Shown one piece after another: positions 8,434 through 16,091 of a stretch of DNA of 24,296 nucleotides. Each line of letters opens with the position of its first letter. Position 1 is the stretch's first letter. Both the position numbers and the translations under genes were made by a program. This DNA is from Gemmatimonadota bacterium (GTDB lineage Bacteria > Gemmatimonadota > Gemmatimonadetes > Gemmatimonadales > GWC2-71-9): NCBI GenBank assembly GCA_003221005.1, contig QHTZ01000054.1, forward strand, positions 1 to 24,296. The letters are read 5' to 3'. Under the pieces are notes generated by a model that was not told the DNA's origin, made no database searches, and saw nothing but the letters and a program-made list of their open reading frames with translations.

Positions 8434-9413
8434 GCCGCTCCTCCGCCCCCCCCGTCTTGGTGGGAAAGCTCACCTGGCACGCCGCGGTCATCGCTTGGCA
8501 GGAGCTTGCACCTGCCGCGCCCGATCCGGAGCGCATCGAGGTGCTGCGCCGCGGGAAGAAATCCACGGTGTACCGCCTCGTCGGAGCGGGACCGGACGCC
8601 ACGGCGATCATCGCCCAGCGGTCATGCATGGCCAAGGCGGGCATCGAGCGGACGGTATACGAGAAGATCCTGCCGCACCTGCCCGTCACGGCGCCGCGCT
8701 ACTATGGCGCGCGACAGGAGAGCCCGGAATTCGCGTGGCTGTTCCTTGAGGACGTGGGCGACGAACGCTACGCGGCGACCGAGCCCGCCGAGCGCGCGCT
8801 TGCCGGTCGCTGGGTCGCGCTGATGCACGCGGCGGCAGCGCGCGTCGCGACGGCGCGCCGCCTACCGGGCGGTGGGCCTCGTCGCTACCTGACGTACCTG
8901 CAGGCCAGCCGCCGGACACTCGCCGCCCACGTCGCCAATCCCGCCCTCACGCCCGAGGAGGCAGCGACGATCCACCGGATCGTGGCTGACCTCGACCGCC
9001 TCGCAGGCGGATGGGCCCGCCTGGAGCGCGCCTGCGCCGGAGTGCCGGCCACTCTCGTTCACGGCGACCTGCAACGGAAGAACACGTACCTCCGCCGCAG
9101 CCCCGACGGGCCGCAGCTGTTCGCGGTGGACTGGGAGACAGCCGGGTGGGGTGTGCCCGCCGCCGATCTGACTCGGATCGATCTTCCGACCTACTGGTCC
9201 GTCGTGCGGCCGGCGTGGCGGGACGTGGAACTGGAGGACGTGCAGCGGCTCGCCGCGGTCGGGCGCGTCTTCCTGCAGCTCGCCGCCATCCACTGGGTGA
9301 GCCCAGAGCTTGCCTATGACTCGCCGTTGTACCTGCGCCGGCCCATGTCCTGGCTCCGGGTTCTGCACCGCCGACTCGTCGAGGCCGTGGGCGAGCTGAG
9401 AGCAGTCCCGTGA
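8430..9413 (+). CDS. Aminoglycoside-phosphotransferase/choline-kinase-like protein 1 (327 aa)
   Basis: ATGA overlap with the ABC gene. Motifs WLFLEDV, LVHGDLQRKN and AVDWETAGWG. The upstream part of track ORF 7248..9413 is spurious overlap with the ABC gene. Confidence 0.85.
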   Translation: MSRSSAPPVLVGKLTWHAAVIAWQELAPAAPDPERIEVLRRGKKSTVYRLVGAGPDATAIIAQRSCMAKAGIERTVYEKILPHLPVTAPRYYGARQESPEFAWLFLEDVGDERYAATEPAERALAGRWVALMHAAAARVATARRLPGGGPRRYLTYLQASRRTLAAHVANPALTPEEAATIHRIVADLDRLAGGWARLERACAGVPATLVHGDLQRKNTYLRRSPDGPQLFAVDWETAGWGVPAADLTRIDLPTYWSVVRPAWRDVELEDVQRLAAVGRVFLQLAAIHWVSPELAYDSPLYLRRPMSWLRVLHRRLVEAVGELRAVP

Positions 9414-10462
9414 GCGAGCTCCGTGCCGCGCTGCTGCGGAGCGTCATCGACACGGTCGACCCGGACGCGAGCGAGTTGTGTCGCGCCCTGGAGAACGCCC
9501 TTTTGGACTCCGGCGCCCTCGGCTCGCCTGTCGCGATCACACGGATCAAATCCCGCGTCTATCGCCTCAGTGCCGGGTCGAACGGCCAGGCGCGCAGCTT
9601 CGTACTCAAGCGCTTCGACCCCTGGCTGGCGCGTCGCAACGAGCTTGTCGCGCGGCGCTGGCTGCCCGCGCTCGGGCTGAGCGACCGTTGCGCGCGCCTG
9701 CTTGCCACGGCGGCCGACCCGCACGGCGACTCGACCTGGCACGTATACGAAGATCTCGGAGACGGCGCGGTGGACCCCACGCGACCGGATCCCCAATCAG
9801 TGATGGCGGTCGTGTGTCTGATCGCCGAGCTCCACACGAAGGCCGCCGGCCACCCGCTGGTCCCGGAGTGTCGGCATTACTGCGGCGATCTCGGGGCGCC
9901 ATTCTTCGCCGCCAACATGCGCGATGCCCTCGCCGTCGTCGAGGCGCTGGCCCCGCCCCGGGTCCAGCCCACGCCGGAACAAAGCGCGCTGCGTGACCGC
10001 CTGCTCGTCCGGCTCCGTGGGCTGCGCGACGAAGGGCCCGAGCGGGCCCGGATGCTCCGGGAGTCGGGGCAGCCTGATACGCTGCTCCACGGCGACCTCT
10101 GGACCACGAACGCTCTCGTGACCGCGACGGGCGATCGCCTGACGGCGCGGCTCATCGACTGGGACCACGCGGCCGTCGGCCCCCCGAGCTACGACCTGTC
10201 CACCTTCCTCTACCGATTTCCCCGGCGCGAGCGCCCGGCGATTCTGGCGGCATACCGGGGGGCGGTGGCCGGCGCAACGTGGAGCCTCCCGCCGGACGCG
10301 GAGCTCGCGGTCCTGTTCGAGACGGCCGAGTACGCGCGCTACGCGAACCGCGTCATCTGGCCCGCGGCCGCGGTGATCCAGGAGAGCGCTGCCTGGGGCT
10401 GGGAGCAGCTCGCCGAGGTCGAGCGTTGGTTCGAAGCGCTGGAGCCCGCGCTCCCCGACTGA
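9410..10462 (+). CDS. Aminoglycoside-phosphotransferase/choline-kinase-like protein 2 (350 aa)
   Basis: GTGA overlap. Motifs VYRL, FVLKR, VYEDLG, LLHGDLWTTN and LIDWDHAAVGPPSYDL. Confidence 0.87.
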   Translation: MSELRAALLRSVIDTVDPDASELCRALENALLDSGALGSPVAITRIKSRVYRLSAGSNGQARSFVLKRFDPWLARRNELVARRWLPALGLSDRCARLLATAADPHGDSTWHVYEDLGDGAVDPTRPDPQSVMAVVCLIAELHTKAAGHPLVPECRHYCGDLGAPFFAANMRDALAVVEALAPPRVQPTPEQSALRDRLLVRLRGLRDEGPERARMLRESGQPDTLLHGDLWTTNALVTATGDRLTARLIDWDHAAVGPPSYDLSTFLYRFPRRERPAILAAYRGAVAGATWSLPPDAELAVLFETAEYARYANRVIWPAAAVIQESAAWGWEQLAEVERWFEALEPALPD

Positions 10463-11616
10463 TGGCCACCGTCGTCGTCTCCCCGTTCGACGTCGCGAAT
10501 TTCCCGGAAGGCGGGGGGCACTTCTGGGTCTACATGCAATACGTCCAGGGGCTGCGCCGGCTCGGGTGTGACGTCTACTGGCTGGAGCAGTTCCGCCACG
10601 GCAAGGACCGGGACCGGGACGCGCGCGCCCTGACGACGTTCTTCACGCGCATGCAGCAGTTCCAGATGAGCGGCCGGGTCCTCCTGTACACGGTGGGCCA
10701 CGGAGAGGACGGGCGCATCGACCAGGTCGGCGTCACTGCGGCGCAAGCCCAGGGCGTGCTGCGACGCGCCGACTTGGTGCTGAACTTCCACCACGCGATC
10801 GACCCTCGGGTGCTGGCGTGCGCCCGCCGCACGGCCCTGGTGGATATCGATCCCGGCCTGACCCAGACCTGGATGAGCACCGGCGCGCTGCGCGTGCCGC
10901 CTCACGACGTCTACTTCACGATCGGCGAGACCGTCGGCACGCCCGCCGCGCGCTTCCCGGACTGCGGCGTCCGTTGGGTGCCCATCCATCCGCCGATCTG
11001 CCTCGACCTCTGGCCCTACGTGCATGACGCGCGCAGCGAAGCGTTTACCACGGTCGCAGGATGGTGGTCGGGCAAGTGGATCAAGCTGCTCGAGGAAGGA
11101 AGGGAAGTTCTGTACGACAACAACAAGCGCGTAGCGTTTCTCGAGTACGCGGCGCTCCCCCAGATGACGACGCAGCCGCTCGAGCTTGCCCTGCTGCTCG
11201 CGGATGGGGACGTCGAGGACCGGTGCCTGCTCGAGCGCCACCGCTGGCGCATTCGGGACGCCCGCGAAGTCGCGAGCACTCCGGAACGATATCGGGCTTA
11301 CATCCAGGGCTCGCGTGGCGAGTGGAGCTGCGCCAAGCCGGTCTTCGTCAAGCTCCAGAACGCCTGGGTCAGCGATCGAACCGTGTGCTACCTCGCCTCG
11401 GGCAAGCCGGCGGTCGTGCAGCACACGGGGCCGAGCGCTTACCTCCCCGACGGCGAGGGGATGTTCCGGTTCTCGACGCTCGAAGCAGCGGCGGCTGCGC
11501 TGGACGCCATCAATACCGACTACGAGCGGCACTGCCGCGCCGCCCGCGACATCGCGGAGACCCACTTCGATGCAACGCGGGTTCTCAGCCGCGTCCTGAG
11601 TGAGGCGCTCCCGTGA
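10462..11616 (+). CDS. Conserved uncharacterised protein, probable GT-B fold glycosyltransferase (384 aa)
   Basis: TGATG overlap. N-terminal GG..W...QY..GLRRLGCDVYWLE; C-terminal YRAYIQGS...SDRTVCYLASGKPAVVQHTG followed by a ...AARDIAETHFD helix, typical of GT-B C-terminal domains. Confidence 0.7.
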   Translation: MATVVVSPFDVANFPEGGGHFWVYMQYVQGLRRLGCDVYWLEQFRHGKDRDRDARALTTFFTRMQQFQMSGRVLLYTVGHGEDGRIDQVGVTAAQAQGVLRRADLVLNFHHAIDPRVLACARRTALVDIDPGLTQTWMSTGALRVPPHDVYFTIGETVGTPAARFPDCGVRWVPIHPPICLDLWPYVHDARSEAFTTVAGWWSGKWIKLLEEGREVLYDNNKRVAFLEYAALPQMTTQPLELALLLADGDVEDRCLLERHRWRIRDAREVASTPERYRAYIQGSRGEWSCAKPVFVKLQNAWVSDRTVCYLASGKPAVVQHTGPSAYLPDGEGMFRFSTLEAAAAALDAINTDYERHCRAARDIAETHFDATRVLSRVLSEALP

Positions 11617-12458
11617 CCGTGCGGATCGGATTCCTGCTGCCGAGCTACTCGAGCCGGAGCACGAGTCAATGGCCGGCCGTCGTTCGGGCCCTCGCGGACG
11701 CGGGTGCGGTAGTGGACGTTGTACACCCAGTAGGGCGCGGGGCCGCGCTCGATCTGGCGCTGCTCCGCGTCGCGCACGACCTCTACGTGCTGCGCAAGCT
11801 CAGCGGCTTCGCGCTCAGTCTGGGCGGAGCGTTGCACCAGCTCGGAGCCGCGATGGTGAATCCCTATCCCGCGACGATCACGCTGCGGGACAAGATCGTC
11901 GCCTCCCGCGTGCTGCAAACGGTCGGCGTGCCCATGCCCGCCACGTACGTCGCGTCGCACCCCGAGGACCTGGCCCCGTACCTGGACGAAGGACCCCTCG
12001 TCGTGAAGCCGTACGACGGCGGCGGGGGCCATCACGTGCAGATCGTCCGCACCGCCGCCGAGCTCGCGACCGTGCGCCACGACCGGCACAAGCCGGTGTT
12101 CGCGCAGCGCTATCACGCACCTGATGGCCGCGACCGGAAGATCTACGCGATCGGTGAGCGACTGTTCGGTGTCAAAAAGGTCTTCCCGCGCCGGACCGAC
12201 GCCGAAAAGCGGGGGGAACCCTTCACGCTCACGCCCGAGCTGCGCGACATTGCGGTGCGCTGTGGCCGCGCGTTTGACATCGATCTCTACGGCGTGGACA
12301 TCGTCGAGAGCCGCGGTCGGCCCTACGTCGTGGACGTGAGCGGTATCCCCGGCTTCAAGGGCGTCCCGGACGCCGCGCCGCTGCTGGCGCGGTACCTCTA
12401 CGGGGCCGCCGAGCGGGCCGCCCGGGGAGAGGTCGCGCTCACCGGGGCCGTGTCGTGA
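11613..12458 (+). CDS. ATP-grasp fold enzyme (RimK/ITPK1-like), 281 aa
   Basis: GTGA overlap. Motifs MVNPY...RDK, GVPMPAT, PLVVKP, FAQRY, DRKIYAIG, YGVDIV and VVDVSGIPGFKGV. Confidence 0.88.
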   Translation: MTVRIGFLLPSYSSRSTSQWPAVVRALADAGAVVDVVHPVGRGAALDLALLRVAHDLYVLRKLSGFALSLGGALHQLGAAMVNPYPATITLRDKIVASRVLQTVGVPMPATYVASHPEDLAPYLDEGPLVVKPYDGGGGHHVQIVRTAAELATVRHDRHKPVFAQRYHAPDGRDRKIYAIGERLFGVKKVFPRRTDAEKRGEPFTLTPELRDIAVRCGRAFDIDLYGVDIVESRGRPYVVDVSGIPGFKGVPDAAPLLARYLYGAAERAARGEVALTGAVS

Positions 12459-15400
12459 TCATGGAGACCCGGCTGCGGCGCCTGGGCCTGCCGGCGTTCG
12501 TCGTTCTGCTCGCCAGCGTGGCGTCGCGGCCGGCCGCCGCGCAGGTCGGCACGACGACGGACATCATCACCGGTACGGTCACCGGGCCCGACAGCCAGCC
12601 CCTCGCCGGCGCGACCGTCCAGGCCACCTCCGTCGAGACGCGCGTGTCGCGCCAGCGGACCACCGACGCGCGCGGTCGGTTCACCCTCGTCTTCCCGGAC
12701 GGCGGCGGGCGCTACGAACTGACGGCGCGCTTCGTGGGAATGGCGCCGGCGCAGATCACCATCGCCCGCCAGAGCGACGAGGACCGGATCGTCGCGAGCA
12801 TCCACATGGGGCTGCTCTCGGTGGCACTCGAGCCGGTCACCGTGACCGCACGCTCGAACGCACGCAGCGATCGCTCGGGCCCCGGGTCGAGCGACCGCAG
12901 CTTCAATCCCGACCAGCTCACCCGCCTGCCGATCGACGCCTCGGACCCCGTCGCCATCGCGACGCTGCAGCCCGGCGTGCTCGGGACGGGCGGCGACTCG
13001 AGCTCCATCACAGCCAACTTCTCCGTGGCCGGACAGCGGTCCACGGCGAACAACGTCACGCTCGACGGCCTCTCCTTCGGCTCGGCCAGCGTGCCCCAGG
13101 ACGCGGTCCGTTCGATCCGCGTCGTCACGAACACCTACGACGTCGCCCGCGGCCAGTTCTCGGGCGGCCTCATCGCGTCCACCACGCGCAGCGGCACGAA
13201 CATTCCCCAGGGGTCGTTCACCTACGCCCTGCGCGACCGCTCGCTCGCCTGGGGCGAAGTCACGACGTCGGCGTTCGGCCAGGGCTCCACACAGAACCAA
13301 CTCAGCGGCGGGATCGGCGGCCCGATCGTCTCGAACAAGTTGTTCGTGTTCGGCGCGCTGCAGGGGCGCTGGCGTGGCGATGCGCTTCCCTCGCTCACGA
13401 CAGCGGACGCGGGCACGCTGGTGCGCCTGGGCGTGAGCCCCGATTCCGCCGGGCGGTTCGTCGCGCTCGCCGCCGCGAGCGGGGCACCCACGTCTGTCTC
13501 AGGACTTTCGGCCGACCGCAGCACGACGACCACCCTCGCCCTGCTCCGCCTGGACTGGAAGGCATCGGAAGCCCAGACGCTCACCCTGCGCCTCGATGGG
13601 AGCTGGGACTCGCAGGAACCCACGCGGGTCGGCACCCTCGCCGTGCCCGCCACCGGGGGGACGCGCTCCACGCGGGGCGACGGGGTGTTCGCCTCCCTCA
13701 CGTCGTACTTCAGCGGCAATTTCATCAACGAGCTGCGCGGGTACTTCGGCCGCGACCGCCGTACTGCGCGCGGGTACCTCGCGCTCCCGGCCGCACGGGT
13801 GGAGGTCGCCTCCGACCTCCCGGACAGCGGCCAGGGGGTCGCGACGCTGGCATTCGGCGGCAATCCCGGACTCCCCGAGCGGATCGATAACCAGGGTTTC
13901 GAACTCGCCGACGAGTTCTCCTGGCTCCCCGGCCGCACGGCGCATCGCCTGAAGGTCGGGCTAGACGTACTCGGGACGCGGGTCGAGGAGAATCAGACGT
14001 CGAACCAGCTCGGCACGTTCGTGTTCCCATCGCTCGCCGCGCTCGCGGCGGACAGTCCCTCCTCGTTTACGCGCACCCTCGCACCCCTCGGGCGAGCAGG
14101 GACAGCGTGGAACAGCGCGCTCTACGCGGGCGACGCCTGGCGCGCCGCTGCGGGACTGTCGCTGTCATTCGGCATCCGCGCCGAGGCCAGCCGTTTCACC
14201 GGAGCCCCCGCCTACAACCGCGCCGCAGACTCCCTCTTCGGGGTCCGGACCGACCGGATCCCCAGCGAGATACACATCTCGCCGCGAGCGGGGTTCACGT
14301 GGCAGCTCGGCGGCGTGGGCCGGACGGACGTGATCCACTCCACGTACCTGCGCGGCGGCGTCGGTGACTTCCGCAGCATTACGCCGACGTCGCTCTACGC
14401 AGCGGCCCTCAGCGCCCCCGGGACAGCCGACGCGGCGACCGAACTCGTCTGCATCGGCGCGGCCGTGCCCCGCCCCGACTGGTCGCGCTACGCCCAGGAT
14501 CCGGCCACGATCCCCTCCACGTGCGCGGACACCGCGGGCGCCGTCACCGTCACGCCCCAGCCGAGCGTGACGGCGTTCGACGCTGGCTATCGAGCCCCCG
14601 CGGCCCGGCGTGCGTCGCTTGCCCTCGTCCAGCGCTTCGCCGGGAACTATTGGGTCACGCTCGATGGCAGCTACGCGCGAGGCCTCCACCAATACGGCTT
14701 CAAGGACCTGAATCTCACGACGGTGCCGCGCTTCACCTTGTCCGACGAGGCCGGCCGCGCGGTGTACGTGCCTGCGGACTCGATCGTTCCGGCCACCGGC
14801 GCGCTCAGCCCGACCGCTTCGCGCGTCCACGCCGAGTTCGGGCAGGTGCTCGACATCGGCTCCGATCTGCAGTCGGACACGAAGCAGCTCACGCTGTCGC
14901 TCACGGGTGCGACCTCACGGGGGGCGGCGTTCCGGGTGGCGTATACGTTCATGCGGGCGACCGATCAGTCGTCGTTCTCGTGCTGTTCGGCCGCCCAAGG
15001 CTTCGCGTCGCGGACCACCGCAGGCAATCCGGACGCCCGAGAATGGGGCACGAGCAGCCTGGAGCGGCGCCACTCGTTCGTGGGCACGGCGTCCTATCCG
15101 ATCACTCGGGCGCTCGAGATCACCGCCTACGGTCGTCTAGTGTCAGGCGCGCCATTCACCCCGCTCGTGGGGTCGGACATCAACGGCGACGGCGCGCGCA
15201 ACGACCGGGCCTTCTTGTTCGATCCCGCCACCGCCGGCGACTCGGGGCTAGCGAGCGGGATGCGCGCCCTCCTCGCCGGTGGGCCGTCCGCCGTCCGTTC
15301 CTGTCTGGCGAAACAGCTCGGCCGCATCGCCGCGCGCAATTCGTGCACGGGTCCATGGCAGCCAGCCTTCGACCTGCAGGTCAATTGGCGACCCGCCTGG

Positions 15401-16042
15401 TTCGGCCTCGATCGGCGGCTCACCCTGTCGGTATTGACGGTCAATCTGCTCGGCGGCTTGGACCAGTGGCTCCACGGGGCGGCGCACCTGCACGGCTGGG
15501 GATATGGGGCGTGGCCCGACCCCGTGCTGCTGTACGTCAATGGTTTCAACCCCGCCACCAATCGCTTCCGCTACACGGTGAACGGGCGGTTCGGAAGCGT
15601 CGCGAGCTCGAGCGGTGGCATCACCCTGCCGTTCCAGCTGGCCCTGCAGGGCCGCTACGCGCTCGGGCCGGCTCGCGTCCGCCAGCGGGCGCGCGCCGCT
15701 GCTCCCACACCGGCTGTGGAGGCCCCCGCGCTCCCCGCCAACCTCGTCGCTGCCATCCTGCAGCGGCGGGACTCGCTGGGCTACACGCCCGAGCAGGTCA
15801 CCCAGCTGGCCGCTATCTCGGACTCGCTCGACGCGCGGGACCGTATCCTGGCCGACTCGATGCAAGCCATCGTCCAGCAGGCCGGCGACCGCGCCGATCC
15901 CGCCATCGTGCTCGCGCGACTCGGGCCGCTGGTGGCCGCGGCGCGCGAAAATGTGCGGCGGGCGCTCGAGCGTGCGCGTGCCGTGCTCACACCCGAGCAA
16001 TGGAGCAAACTCCCGGACGCCCTCAAGGCCTCGGGGACGTAA
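12455..16042 (+). CDS. TonB-dependent-receptor-like (Oar-type) outer-membrane protein with N-terminal carboxypeptidase-regulatory-like domain and C-terminal LTxxQ helical domain
   Basis: Signal peptide ending PAAA|Q; ITGTVTG..SQPLAGATV domain; plug motifs (LQPGV, FSVAGQR..NNVTLDG, YDVARGQFSGG...TRSGTN); amphipathic beta strands; DINGDGARND loop. Start is GTG 12455 (GTGA overlap) or ATG 12461. Confidence 0.85.
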   Translation: MIMETRLRRLGLPAFVVLLASVASRPAAAQVGTTTDIITGTVTGPDSQPLAGATVQATSVETRVSRQRTTDARGRFTLVFPDGGGRYELTARFVGMAPAQITIARQSDEDRIVASIHMGLLSVALEPVTVTARSNARSDRSGPGSSDRSFNPDQLTRLPIDASDPVAIATLQPGVLGTGGDSSSITANFSVAGQRSTANNVTLDGLSFGSASVPQDAVRSIRVVTNTYDVARGQFSGGLIASTTRSGTNIPQGSFTYALRDRSLAWGEVTTSAFGQGSTQNQLSGGIGGPIVSNKLFVFGALQGRWRGDALPSLTTADAGTLVRLGVSPDSAGRFVALAAASGAPTSVSGLSADRSTTTTLALLRLDWKASEAQTLTLRLDGSWDSQEPTRVGTLAVPATGGTRSTRGDGVFASLTSYFSGNFINELRGYFGRDRRTARGYLALPAARVEVASDLPDSGQGVATLAFGGNPGLPERIDNQGFELADEFSWLPGRTAHRLKVGLDVLGTRVEENQTSNQLGTFVFPSLAALAADSPSSFTRTLAPLGRAGTAWNSALYAGDAWRAAAGLSLSFGIRAEASRFTGAPAYNRAADSLFGVRTDRIPSEIHISPRAGFTWQLGGVGRTDVIHSTYLRGGVGDFRSITPTSLYAAALSAPGTADAATELVCIGAAVPRPDWSRYAQDPATIPSTCADTAGAVTVTPQPSVTAFDAGYRAPAARRASLALVQRFAGNYWVTLDGSYARGLHQYGFKDLNLTTVPRFTLSDEAGRAVYVPADSIVPATGALSPTASRVHAEFGQVLDIGSDLQSDTKQLTLSLTGATSRGAAFRVAYTFMRATDQSSFSCCSAAQGFASRTTAGNPDAREWGTSSLERRHSFVGTASYPITRALEITAYGRLVSGAPFTPLVGSDINGDGARNDRAFLFDPATAGDSGLASGMRALLAGGPSAVRSCLAKQLGRIAARNSCTGPWQPAFDLQVNWRPAWFGLDRRLTLSVLTVNLLGGLDQWLHGAAHLHGWGYGAWPDPVLLYVNGFNPATNRFRYTVNGRFGSVASSSGGITLPFQLALQGRYALGPARVRQRARAAAPTPAVEAPALPANLVAAILQRRDSLGYTPEQVTQLAAISDSLDARDRILADSMQAIVQQAGDRADPAIVLARLGPLVAAARENVRRALERARAVLTPEQWSKLPDALKASGT

Positions 16043-16091
16043 ACCCTCGCGACGGTCGCCGCCCCCCGTTAGCTTGCGCCTCGAGGCTGTC

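Noticed and set aside
8430-10462. Aminoglycoside resistance genes
   Set aside because: Only the general APH/choline-kinase fold motifs are shared. The context is a coupled biosynthetic operon with no mobile-element features.
3737-12458. RiPP (graspetide or phosphorylated peptide) cluster suggested by ATP-grasp + kinases + ABC exporter
   Set aside because: I found no credible precursor peptide ORF, the ABC exporter has no peptidase domain, and the ATP-grasp motifs are not ligase-like. A distant precursor cannot be excluded.
15615-16091. Apparent N-terminal extension of the histidine kinase (998 aa)
   Set aside because: It overlaps the barrel gene in another frame and reads as nonsense. GTG 16092 has an RBS and precedes the first TM helix.
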